Of a stretch of DNA of 64,000 bases, positions 31,931 to 41,159 are shown piece after piece (the first letter of the stretch is position 1; every line of letters begins with the position of its first letter). Source of the stretch: Bacteroidia bacterium (GTDB lineage: Bacteria; Bacteroidota; Bacteroidia; M30B66); contig OZ257142.1 of the NCBI GenBank assembly GCA_965279035.1, positions 1 to 64,000 of the forward strand. The letters run 5' to 3'. Position numbers and translations under genes: made by a program. The notes beneath the pieces were generated by a model. The model ran no database searches. It saw only the letters and a list, made by a program, of their open reading frames with translations, and was not told the origin of the DNA.

Positions 31931-33388
31931 ATGAAAACGATATCATTCTTATTTGCTGCGGCTTTTACACTTGCCGCCACTTGCGTTAAAGCTCAGGGGA
32001 GTTTAGAACGCAAATCATTAGGTACATTTAATTCCCTCATCATTCGTGGTGCTGTGGATGTTTATGTAAATCAATCGAATGAACCTGGAATTAGTGCTTC
32101 AACCGAAGATTTTGGTTCGTTAAACTATGAGGTAAAAAATGGTGCGCTCGAAATTAATGGAGGCGCTCAAGGTCATGTTTATGTGCATGTGCCTTCCTTA
32201 TCGGCCATTGAGATTTATGGCAATTCGGATGTATATTCATCTGATACATTAAAAGGAACCGATTTGTTGGTTATAAATTCCGGTTCGGGAGATGCAACGT
32301 TGCTGTTGAATTACACCAATGTCGATACGCGCATTAATGGTTCTGCCGATGTAAAACTTTCGGGGAATGCAGAAAACTTAAAAGCCGATGTTACAGGAGC
32401 CGGCGATTTACATGCTTACAAGCTATTAGTGAACAATGCAACAATTACTTTGTCGGGAGCTGGAGATGCACAAGTAAACGCTCGAACTTCAATTAAAGGA
32501 AAGGTAAGCGGAGCTGGAACACTTTACCATCAAGGAGAACCATCGATAATGGAAGTAGAAGTGACAGGTGCGGGAGAAATAAAAAAATCAAATGCGTTGG
32601 TTAATGGTGATACAACACGAATTAAGTTTGGGAATAAGCAGATTATTATTTTAGATGAAGATGGGAAATCGAAAGTGGAGATTGGTGATGATGTGATTGT
32701 TGATGGAGAGATTCAAGGGAAAGACAATGAAAAACCTAAGAAAAAAGATCAACCACAAAGTATATGGTCGGGTTTTGAAATGGGTATTAATGGGTACATG
32801 AATCCGAACAATAGCTTTAATATGGATAGTGTAAATAGTGGGTATTCCTTAAACTATAACAAATCCATTGCAGTTAATTTTAACTTCTGGGAAGTACATG
32901 GACGAATTTTGAAAAACAATATTTACTTCACTACTGGACTTGGCTCTGAGATTAATAATTATCGTTTTGATAAGCATACTCGTCTACTTTCTGATACAAC
33001 TCCAACCATTGCAGTTGTTGAATCAAATAAAGACTATGATAAAAGTAAATTGGTAACTGGTTATTTAAATGCACCACTTTATTTAACGTTTGCTACCAAT
33101 GAATTTAAAAATGGAAAACGATTGAGCATCTCTCCTGGTATCACTGCTGGATGGAAATTCACTTCGTATAACAAGCGCGTTGTAAACGAAAACGGAGATC
33201 GTGAAAAAAGTCATAATCATGATGATTTCAACTTAAATCCATTTCGAGTGAATGCTTCTTTACGTGTGGGTTATGGCTCGTTTATTTTGTATGCGAATTA
33301 TGCATTAACCTCTTTATTTCAGAAAAATGAAGGTCCTAATCTAACTGCTTTTTCTGCTGGAATTCGAGTGGTTGGTTTTGGTAAATAA
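31931..33388 (+). CDS. DUF2807 (GIN/adhesin-like beta-helix) domain fused to an outer-membrane beta-barrel; probable start 31931
   Basis: Signal peptide MKTISF...VKA|Q; repeated (S/T)G(S/A)GD motifs; C-terminal barrel LNPFRVNASLRVGYG...YANYALTSLF. Confidence 0.85.
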   Translation: MKTISFLFAAAFTLAATCVKAQGSLERKSLGTFNSLIIRGAVDVYVNQSNEPGISASTEDFGSLNYEVKNGALEINGGAQGHVYVHVPSLSAIEIYGNSDVYSSDTLKGTDLLVINSGSGDATLLLNYTNVDTRINGSADVKLSGNAENLKADVTGAGDLHAYKLLVNNATITLSGAGDAQVNARTSIKGKVSGAGTLYHQGEPSIMEVEVTGAGEIKKSNALVNGDTTRIKFGNKQIIILDEDGKSKVEIGDDVIVDGEIQGKDNEKPKKKDQPQSIWSGFEMGINGYMNPNNSFNMDSVNSGYSLNYNKSIAVNFNFWEVHGRILKNNIYFTTGLGSEINNYRFDKHTRLLSDTTPTIAVVESNKDYDKSKLVTGYLNAPLYLTFATNEFKNGKRLSISPGITAGWKFTSYNKRVVNENGDREKSHNHDDFNLNPFRVNASLRVGYGSFILYANYALTSLFQKNEGPNLTAFSAGIRVVGFGK

Positions 33389-33419
33389 GTTCACCTGATT
33401 CTCAGAAAGGTGTTTGTGT

Positions 33420-33451
33420 AAGCCCGTTGTCCATTGGATGACGGGCTTTTT
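33420..33451 (+). terminator. Rho-independent terminator
   Basis: aagcccgttgtcca-t-tggatgacgggcttttt. Confidence 0.85.
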
Positions 33452-33565
33452 ATTTAATCATTTTAGTATCGCTTAAACTTAATTAGGTTAATGACTTCTA
33501 CGAGATCATTAGAATTGATTACCAATTCAACCCTTGTATAAAACAAAGCACTAATTTCGCCAGCT

Positions 33566-33937
33566 ATGCTGAAGATACTTTCTGTGTTTTTTGCTTTTAT
33601 AATTCTAACACCGTCATTATTAAAAATGGCTGTAGTGACGAATTATGTAGTGCAATATGAGCGTTATGCTACTGAGTTGTGCGAAAATCAAGACAAACCG
33701 GAATTAGCTTGTAACGGGAAATGTCAAATGATGAAAGAGCTGAACGAAGCTGAACAAAACGCTCCAGTTGCTCCATCATTACCCGAATTTAAGGTCAAAG
33801 AACAACCTGTTTGTGAATTGAATTCAGCAGCACTTATTTCGTTTTCTGTTGAATTGAAGCAAGAACAACCGCTTTCAAATTTTAAAGGATTACCCGAAGG
33901 TATATTCGGAAATGTGTTTCATCCTCCTTGCTGCTAA
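33566..33937 (+). CDS. Small Cys-motif protein with N-terminal hydrophobic helix and C-terminal FHPP (candidate metal-responsive leader ORF)
   Basis: LCENQDKPELACNGKCQM motif; ends VFHPPCC; lies upstream of an MbnP-like gene. Confidence 0.75.
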   Translation: MLKILSVFFAFIILTPSLLKMAVVTNYVVQYERYATELCENQDKPELACNGKCQMMKELNEAEQNAPVAPSLPEFKVKEQPVCELNSAALISFSVELKQEQPLSNFKGLPEGIFGNVFHPPCC

Positions 33938-34022
33938 TAGCAATTGAGTTGATTTCTTTTTAAACACATTTTCTAATCTGCAGCTCAATCTAGGAATGGA
34001 TTGGCTGTCACATTTTATACCT

Positions 34023-34808
34023 ATGAAACGTTCATTGAACTATTTCCTTTTTTTCCTTTCTATAACATCCATTTCACTTTCATCCTGTAAAAAAGATGAA
34101 GAAACACAAACGCCTACTCCTACGCCCTCTCCAACTGGTATGTTTAAAGTTGAATTTGAACATGGCTTTGATGGTGCCGAATTCAGTTTTGATACATCCT
34201 ACACCGATGCATCGGGTGATACATTAATCTTTACCAAATTCGATTATTATATTTCCAATGTTAAGTTGACTAAAACCGATGGTACAATTTGGTCTCAGCC
34301 GGATAGTTATTTTTTAATTAAAAGCAATGATGACTTAAGTCGTTTGATTTCTATTTCAAGTGTTCCTGCGGGAGGTTATACCGGAATAACATTTACTGTT
34401 GGAGTAGATTCAACGCATAATGTGAGTGGCGCACAAACAGGTGCATTAAATCCTGCAAATGATATGTTCTGGGCTTGGAATACTGGATATATTTTTATCA
34501 AAGCAGAAGGAACAAGCTCTGCATCAACTATGGGTGGTGTTTTTGAATACCATATTGGTGGCTACCAAACTGCAAATAATACCAATTGTATTCGTACAGT
34601 AAATCTCTCTTTTGGTGGAGGAACTTTAACAATTGCTCCGAATACAGCTCCCCAAATTCATTTATCAATAGATCTTTCCAAGTTGTTTAATGGAACAAAT
34701 AATTTAAGTGTTGCATCGATGCCGATGATTCATATGCCGGGAGCTGATGCTGTTGCTGCTGCTGATCGTTTTAAGGAAGCATTCGAATTTGAACATCTTC
34801 ACGAATAA
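34023..34808 (+). CDS. MbnP-like copper-binding lipoprotein; probable start 34023
   Basis: Lipobox LSSC; YYISNVKL, FTVGVDS..N.SGAQTGALNPANDMFWAWNTGYIFIKAEG (WxW), YHIGG, MIHMP. Confidence 0.8.
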   Translation: MKRSLNYFLFFLSITSISLSSCKKDEETQTPTPTPSPTGMFKVEFEHGFDGAEFSFDTSYTDASGDTLIFTKFDYYISNVKLTKTDGTIWSQPDSYFLIKSNDDLSRLISISSVPAGGYTGITFTVGVDSTHNVSGAQTGALNPANDMFWAWNTGYIFIKAEGTSSASTMGGVFEYHIGGYQTANNTNCIRTVNLSFGGGTLTIAPNTAPQIHLSIDLSKLFNGTNNLSVASMPMIHMPGADAVAAADRFKEAFEFEHLHE

Positions 34809-34867
34809 AAAAATTTCTGGAGCTGTTTGATGGAAATTAAATAGCTCCGGAATCTATACTAGAAGAT

Positions 34868-35794
34868 ATGAGAACCTCTTTTTTTCGATTCGTATGTGCT
34901 GGTTTATTTCTCCTCCTTCAACATAACGTTCGCGCATGTGATGTTTGTGGATGTTCGGCAAGTGGACTATCTGGTGGGATGTTTCCTCAAATACAAAACA
35001 ACCTCTTTGGAATTCGTTATACACCTCAGCATTTTATGCATCCTGCTACAATCGACAATATGAATGGATTGAGTTTGGTGAAAGAAGATCGGTATTATGA
35101 TCAAGAGCTGTTTTTCCGTTGGTATGCTCATAAACGTTTACAGCTTTGGTTTAACGTTCCATTTCGTTTTCACGAACGAATTGAAACGCTTAGAACTACG
35201 CAGATTAAGGGATTGGGAGATGTTTCGGTAAGCGCATTGTACACAGTCATCAACACCAATCAAGATTCTATTCAACGAAATTGGAAACATTTCTGGGTTG
35301 CTGGTGCTGGGTTTTCTTTACCAACAGGAAAGTACCGTCAGCGCGATGAAACATTAAGCACTTTGCCTGCTGGTTTTCAATTGGGAACTGGCTCGTATTC
35401 TACCGTGTTTAACACTGTTTATTTGATTCGTAGAAAACAAGTTGGAATGCAGTTTCAAGCTGATTATAGGATGTACAGTTTGAATGAATCGCAGTTTAAA
35501 AAAGGTGATCAATACAGCTTTCAAAGTCAATTGTTTTATCGTATTCCAATCAAGCATTCCATGTTATTGCCACAAGCTGGAATTCGTTACGAACACTTGA
35601 ATCAAGATTTTGAATTTAACGCATTGCGTCCTCAATCGGGAAGTACTTCTACTTGGACAACTGTTGGTTTAGATTATTATGCAAAGCACTACATGCTGGG
35701 TTGCTCGGTACAAACACCCATTCAACAAACTCTGACATCGGCGCAGCCAACACCGGGAATGCGTTTGAATTTTATGTTCGGATTCATTTGGTGA
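34868..35794 (+). CDS. Outer-membrane beta-barrel transporter-like protein with N-terminal CDVCGC motif
   Basis: Signal peptide VRA|CDVCGC; GLGDVS, SLPTGKY, FQLGTGS; aromatic C-terminus. Confidence 0.75.
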   Translation: MRTSFFRFVCAGLFLLLQHNVRACDVCGCSASGLSGGMFPQIQNNLFGIRYTPQHFMHPATIDNMNGLSLVKEDRYYDQELFFRWYAHKRLQLWFNVPFRFHERIETLRTTQIKGLGDVSVSALYTVINTNQDSIQRNWKHFWVAGAGFSLPTGKYRQRDETLSTLPAGFQLGTGSYSTVFNTVYLIRRKQVGMQFQADYRMYSLNESQFKKGDQYSFQSQLFYRIPIKHSMLLPQAGIRYEHLNQDFEFNALRPQSGSTSTWTTVGLDYYAKHYMLGCSVQTPIQQTLTSAQPTPGMRLNFMFGFIW

Positions 35795-35813
35795 AACTGT
35801 ACATTCGCTAAAC

Positions 35814-36698
35814 ATGAAACCGGTGTGGAAAGCGCATCTAGCTGTATTGCTAGCGAATGTGATTTATGGTGCTAATTATTCGGTCGCCAAAGAGGTGATG
35901 CCGCGATTTTTTGCCCCATTTGGAATCATTCTTTTACGTGTAACAGGAGCGATTATTTTATTTGCTTTGCTCTTTTTAAGAAAGACAGAACGCATTCGGA
36001 AAGAAGACCGGATGCGTTTTCTTTTATGTGGTTTGACTGGCGTTGCTTGCAATCAATTGTTGTTTTTCAAAGGGCTCAGTTTGACTACACCCATTGAAGC
36101 AGCAATCATTCTTACAGCCAACCCAATTTTAGTTTTAATTGCTGCTGCTCTAATTGCCCGTGAACGCATTACCTCATGGAAGGCATTAGGAATTTTATTA
36201 GGCTTATGCGGAGCATTGATACTTATACTTCAACGACCACAGGCTTCCAATGAAGGAGATAATTTCCTAGGCAATTTGATGATCTTAATGAATGCAGCTT
36301 TTTATGCTGTGTACTTGGTCATTGTTCGTCCATTGATGCAACGCTATCGCGCGAGTACGGTGATGTTATTTGTTTTTCTCTGCGGATGGATTCCCATTTT
36401 ACCCATAGGAATGAGCGAAGTGATGGCTGTTGATTGGCCCCATGTTCCGATGTGGGCTTTTGGTTCCTTAGCATTTATTGTAGTAGGAGCAACGTTTCTA
36501 GCCTACATTCTCAATGCATACGCTCTAGCCACTGTGAGCGCATCGGTGGTGAGCATTTATATTTATATGCAGCCTTTTTTAGCTGCTCTCATCGCTATAG
36601 CTTGGGGAAAGGACCAATTGGATGTTTCGAAAATTATTTCTGCAGCCTTTGTTTTTACTGGAGTTTGGTTGACGAGTCGGCCGCAAAGGGTAAATTAG
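35814..36698 (+). CDS. DMT/EamA family transporter
   Basis: ~10 TM helices in two repeats; IYGANY, NQLLFFKGL, YIYMQP. Confidence 0.92.
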   Translation: MKPVWKAHLAVLLANVIYGANYSVAKEVMPRFFAPFGIILLRVTGAIILFALLFLRKTERIRKEDRMRFLLCGLTGVACNQLLFFKGLSLTTPIEAAIILTANPILVLIAAALIARERITSWKALGILLGLCGALILILQRPQASNEGDNFLGNLMILMNAAFYAVYLVIVRPLMQRYRASTVMLFVFLCGWIPILPIGMSEVMAVDWPHVPMWAFGSLAFIVVGATFLAYILNAYALATVSASVVSIYIYMQPFLAALIAIAWGKDQLDVSKIISAAFVFTGVWLTSRPQRVN

Positions 36699-36713
36699 AG
36701 ACCAAAGTCAATG

Positions 36714-36810
36714 TGTTCACAAAATAGCTAATAAATGAACACATGCGTAATTTTGTCCATTTTTGAATGTACTTTTGACACAAGTTCATTTTTAGCTTAT
36801 TTATTGGACA
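36714..36810. promoter_or_regulatory. Three inverted-repeat operator-like sites upstream of the Fic gene
   Basis: TGTTCA-N16-TGAACA (36714), TGTCCA-N15-TTGACA (36754), AGTTCA-N16-TGGACA (36783). Confidence 0.55.
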
Positions 36811-36811
36811 T

Positions 36812-37933
36812 ATGACAAAAGTCAAATTTGATCGGGCAATTCCATATAATGATCTTCAAGACTTACCTCCATCAGACTCAATTTTTGATACTGAGGTTTT
36901 ACTAAAATGGGGAATTACATCGCGTGTATTGGCTGAACTCAATAGGAATTGCTTGCGAATACCTGAACCGAATATGTTAATTAATACAATTTCACTCCAA
37001 GAAGCTCAATCCTCTAGCGCAATTGAAAATATTTTTACAACGGATGATGAATTATTCAAAGCAATATCTGATACGGTTCGAGAATCGAATTCAACACATG
37101 CAACAAAAGAAGTACTAAGATATCGAGAAGCAATGTGGGCTGGATATTTATCTATTAAAGAAAACGGGAAAATTAATTTGAAAACTACGATCGATGTTTT
37201 TCGACAAATTCAAAAATCTAAACAAGGAATTCGCTCAGCACAATCTCAAATCGTAATTAAAAGAGGACAGAGTGAATTAAAACCTGGCGAAATAATATAT
37301 ACACCACCAAGAGGAGAAGGCATTATTGAACAAAAAATGAAGAATCTATTTACCTATTTAAATGATCATAAAAACTATACTCATGATCCACTTTTAAAGA
37401 TGATAATAGGTCATTATCAATTTGAGGCAATACATCCTTTTGTAGATGGGAATGGAAGAACAGGCCGAATTTTAAATCAATTGTATTTAATAAATGAAGG
37501 ACTATTATCGCACCCTGTCTTGTTTTTAAGTAAATATATTTTAGAGAATAAAGATGAATATTATGCTAAGCTTGCGGCTGTTACAATGCGAGGTTCTTGG
37601 AAGCCTTGGATAATGTATATGCTTGATGCAATTCATAAAACTGCCATAATCACAAACCAACGTATTGATGATATATTAAATCAAATGGATGCCACTTATT
37701 TGCATGCAAAAGGCAAAATAAAATGGTATAATTTGGAAATCCATTTCATGATCTTTTCTCAACCCTATATAAAACCCAAACGATTGGGAAGCTTATTAAA
37801 AATTAATAGCCGAACTACTTTAACTAAATATATGAATCAATTAGTTGATGCGGGAATTTTGAGTCCACAATATGATTCAAAAGAAGTGTTCTTTATAAAC
37901 AACGACCTAATTAGAATTCTTCAATCTAAATAA
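36812..37933 (+). CDS. Fic family AMP-transferase with N-terminal inhibitory helix and C-terminal winged helix (SoFic-like)
   Basis: HPFVDGNGRTGR catalytic motif; SSAIEN inhibitory motif; wHTH-like SRTTLTKYMNQLVDAGIL. Confidence 0.93.
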   Translation: MTKVKFDRAIPYNDLQDLPPSDSIFDTEVLLKWGITSRVLAELNRNCLRIPEPNMLINTISLQEAQSSSAIENIFTTDDELFKAISDTVRESNSTHATKEVLRYREAMWAGYLSIKENGKINLKTTIDVFRQIQKSKQGIRSAQSQIVIKRGQSELKPGEIIYTPPRGEGIIEQKMKNLFTYLNDHKNYTHDPLLKMIIGHYQFEAIHPFVDGNGRTGRILNQLYLINEGLLSHPVLFLSKYILENKDEYYAKLAAVTMRGSWKPWIMYMLDAIHKTAIITNQRIDDILNQMDATYLHAKGKIKWYNLEIHFMIFSQPYIKPKRLGSLLKINSRTTLTKYMNQLVDAGILSPQYDSKEVFFINNDLIRILQSK

Positions 37934-37934
37934 A

Positions 37935-39257
37935 TCAACCTTTTCGTCTTGGCTTTCCGTATTTCTCGCGCATTTGTTGGTCACGTGTTTTCCGAACGTT
38001 GACTTTTTTATTTTTCTCTTTCTTTTCATGAAAAGCCGGTCCTGGTTCGTATTTGCTCTTCTTGACTTTAGAGCCTGGCATGTTGATGCGCGGTTGTTCG
38101 TCTAAAGTTAAAACGCTTGATAATTCTACTTCTTCAGGAATAGTTAAACGATCGATTTTCTTTTGCATGAATTCTTCGATGGAAGCAATCATTTCGGCAT
38201 CCTTTTCCATCACAAACGTAATGGCATCGCCTTGTGCATCAGCACGTCCGGTTCGACCAATACGGTGAATGTAATTTTCCATCACATCGGGCACATCGAA
38301 ATTGATTACATGCGAAACGCCAGTAATATCAATCCCTCGAGATAGAATGTCGGTAGCGATAAGGATGCGTTGTTTGCCTTCTGCAAAATTTTCAACTGCT
38401 CGGAAACGTGTGTTTTGTGCTTTGTTAGAGTGAATAATGCCTGCTTCGGTTGGAAATTCTTCCTCGAGGTGAATGAAGAGTTTGTCGGCTAATTTTCGGC
38501 TACCGGCAAATAATAACACCCGATCCATATTTTCTTGGCTGAGCAGGTGATTGAGCAGGTTGAGTTTGGTGTTGTAATTTGGAACTTCGATGATGCTTTG
38601 CTTGATGTTTTCGAGCGGACTACCATTGGGAGCTGCTTCAATGCGAACCGGTGCACGGAAGTAGGTGATAATAAGTGCATCGACATCATCAGAAAGTGTA
38701 GCCGAAAACATGAACGTTTGTCGTTTCGGAGGAAGTACATCGAAAATACGTTCGAGTTGAGGACGGAATCCGAGGCTGAGCATTTCATCTACTTCATCGA
38801 TAACCAAGCGTTTGATGGTTTTGGTTTTCAGTGTTCCATCGAGGGCTAAATCGAGCAATCTTCCGGGTGTGGCAACAAGTATATCAAGTCCTTTGTGGAT
38901 GGCGTCTTTTTGCGTTCGGATATTTGCACCACCATAAACACCTACAGCAATGATGTTCATATAGGTGCTGAGCTTATTGATTTCTTCGACAACCTGAACG
39001 ACCAATTCGCGCGTTGGAACGAGGATAAGCGTTTGAGGAAGTTTGTCTTTGGAGAATTTCCATAAACGCAGGCAAGGCAGTAGATACGCAATGGTTTTTC
39101 CTGTACCAGTTTGAGCCAACCCAACAACATCGTTACCCGCCATCATAGCAGAAAAGGCTCGTTCTTGAATGGGAGTTGGATGCTCAAAACCTAAATCGCA
39201 AAGGGCATTGAAGAGTGGTGTATTGAGGTTTAGATCGGAAAAACTGCTTTTACTCAT
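37935..39257 (-). CDS. DEAD-box RNA helicase; probable start 39257 (MSKSSF)
   Basis: Q motif PTPIQ, AQTGTGKT, PTREL, TPGRL, DEVD, SAT, RGID, HRIGRTGRA; basic tail; TACCTTTG promoter at 39275..39282. Confidence 0.95.
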   Translation of the reverse strand: MSKSSFSDLNLNTPLFNALCDLGFEHPTPIQERAFSAMMAGNDVVGLAQTGTGKTIAYLLPCLRLWKFSKDKLPQTLILVPTRELVVQVVEEINKLSTYMNIIAVGVYGGANIRTQKDAIHKGLDILVATPGRLLDLALDGTLKTKTIKRLVIDEVDEMLSLGFRPQLERIFDVLPPKRQTFMFSATLSDDVDALIITYFRAPVRIEAAPNGSPLENIKQSIIEVPNYNTKLNLLNHLLSQENMDRVLLFAGSRKLADKLFIHLEEEFPTEAGIIHSNKAQNTRFRAVENFAEGKQRILIATDILSRGIDITGVSHVINFDVPDVMENYIHRIGRTGRADAQGDAITFVMEKDAEMIASIEEFMQKKIDRLTIPEEVELSSVLTLDEQPRINMPGSKVKKSKYEPGPAFHEKKEKNKKVNVRKTRDQQMREKYGKPRRKG

Positions 39258-39480
39258 GGTATTTGCTGGGATGGCAAAGGTAGTGTAGTTCGACCTCAGC
39301 CCCGACTTTTTCATTGAGATAGAAGAGATTTGAATTAGTGATATAGCTTAAAAGCACTGCCCTAGCTATTCGCTGGTAGTGTCTAAAAAAAGTGTGTATT
39401 GGATTCTCAACTTTAGAGGAGTAAAAATGGTTAATTTATTAATCCGTCCAATCAAAGTTTTTTATATCAGCATTTAGTTT

Positions 39481-39582
39481 TGGTATTTTACGATCGAAAG
39501 CTTTTCTTGATAAAGCGCTTGTTCAAAAAGGCTTTCCCAAACCTACACCAAGGCTATGGTATATTTGACAAGCTATATACAT
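39481..39582 (-). pseudogene. Possible frameshifted remnant of a GxxExxY-family gene
   Basis: Minus strand reads MYIACQIYHSLGVGL / (frameshift) ESLFEQALYQE...DRKIP, resembling the LGPGLLESVYEEAL.YEL..RGI family pattern. Confidence 0.35.
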
Positions 39583-39605
39583 AGTTGAATCTTAAGCACT
39601 TTTAT

Positions 39606-39693
39606 AAGCCTTCGCGGATGCTTCGGCTTGGGTCACGCTTTCGTGTAGCGGGAGCTATTCTCAATTGCTAGCCCCTTCGGAGTTTTGCTGGGC
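39606..39693 (-). repeat. Diverged copy of the dispersed intergenic repeat
   Basis: Reverse strand gcccag...gaagggg..ttgag.atagc.cccgc..acgaa...gccgaa...cgcgaaggc aligns loosely with the 31658 and 61645 copies. Confidence 0.45.
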
Positions 39694-39710
39694 ATTCTTA
39701 CAAATGCGAA

Positions 39711-41159
39711 TTATTCCACCTTTACCACTTTCTCCACCACAACCACCTCATCACCCTTTAAAATCCGGCAATAGTAAATCCCCGTTGCAAATCCGCTGAG
39801 AGATAAAGTATGTGTTCCCACTGCAGTAAATTGCTTCTGCTGCACCAAGCGCCCGGTTGCATCCAGAAGTTGAGCAGTGTACGCTGAGCCGGCAGTTTCT
39901 AAATCTATCCGCAGCCAGTCAGTTGCCGGATTGGGGTAAATGGTAACTGCATCGGGAAATGGCGCATCTTCGATTCCGACGCCACAGTTGGCAGGATCAA
40001 GACAGCCATCGGCATCCAATTTTACAACCCACGCGTTTTGTCCTCCACAACAAAAGTCATCATCGGCGGCGCCGCTTATTAACAAACCACCATCCTTGGT
40101 TTCAATAAAGTCGAGGAAGAAATCAGCCCAGTTTCCATGATCATACTCTTTCCTCCAAAGCAGATTGCCTAATGAATCTGATTTCATAATGAAACCAGCA
40201 TTGACGGTTGTATTGTTAATTCCAACTGAAACAATTCCTCCATCGGAAACTCTCCTCCCAATATAATTTGTGCTACTGTTCAACGACGGATAAGTTTTGT
40301 TATATAGAACATTTCCTTCCAAGTTCGTCATCACTACTTTTGGTCCTCCGACTTGATATTTATACCCAGAAAAGAGCAATTTATCGGTTCCAAACTGGCT
40401 CATACCTGCTTCAGTAATTTGAGGTATTTGCCATCCGTCTTGCCTTACCCCATTCTCATCAATACGAACTAGATATTCATGCAGTTCATTGATTGCAAAT
40501 GAACTGCCGGAGGTGCCGGAAATTAAATAATCTCCATTATCATAAACAATATTATTTGGAGAGTCCGCAATATCTTCATCAATCAATGCTTCAGCGAGCA
40601 GTTGTCCTTGACTATTTAGCCTTACGAAATAGCCATTCTGAGCCTCTGAATCAAAATATCCCCTAGAGGCCACTAACGCGATGTCCCCGCTTGGAGATTC
40701 AATTAAATCTTGGGGAGTATCGTAGTAAATAGAATCTCTGTGATAATAAGACCAGATTGTGTCCGCTAAATCAGGGCTTATTTTCAAAACAAAAATCTGA
40801 TTTCCTCCGGTTCCTCCCACTTTGCTTCGAGTATTAAATAACAGCAAATTTCCATCAACACTGCTAATCATTGAGCAAAAACCCGAAAAACGTCTAGACA
40901 AATCGTATTTAAAATTGTTCAACACGATGTTTCCTGAATCATCAAATGAATGCGCCCGCTGGAATCCGCCCTCTTCAACAAACAAACTGTATCCCGAACT
41001 TGCGATATAGTACTTACCGCTGTCAAGCTCAACAGCCCTAGATGCGCTGCCTGCTAAATTTGCCGTGTCGTTGTACGTTCTGGCAAATGTTGCGACCTGG
41101 CCTAAACTTGAAAGGCTAAGTATTAAATGAAAAAAAACAACAGCGAGAAAGTTTCTCAT
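39711..41159 (-). CDS. Array partner protein 5 (type B): secreted beta-propeller-like protein with T9SS type-A CTD
   Basis: Signal peptide SLG|Q; repeated G.(I/F).K.D..G...W motifs; DFIETKDGGLLISG...NAWVVKLDADGCL; CTD IYPNPA...GIYYCRI...EKVVK. Confidence 0.88.
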   Translation of the reverse strand: MRNFLAVVFFHLILSLSSLGQVATFARTYNDTANLAGSASRAVELDSGKYYIASSGYSLFVEEGGFQRAHSFDDSGNIVLNNFKYDLSRRFSGFCSMISSVDGNLLLFNTRSKVGGTGGNQIFVLKISPDLADTIWSYYHRDSIYYDTPQDLIESPSGDIALVASRGYFDSEAQNGYFVRLNSQGQLLAEALIDEDIADSPNNIVYDNGDYLISGTSGSSFAINELHEYLVRIDENGVRQDGWQIPQITEAGMSQFGTDKLLFSGYKYQVGGPKVVMTNLEGNVLYNKTYPSLNSSTNYIGRRVSDGGIVSVGINNTTVNAGFIMKSDSLGNLLWRKEYDHGNWADFFLDFIETKDGGLLISGAADDDFCCGGQNAWVVKLDADGCLDPANCGVGIEDAPFPDAVTIYPNPATDWLRIDLETAGSAYTAQLLDATGRLVQQKQFTAVGTHTLSLSGFATGIYYCRILKGDEVVVVEKVVKVE

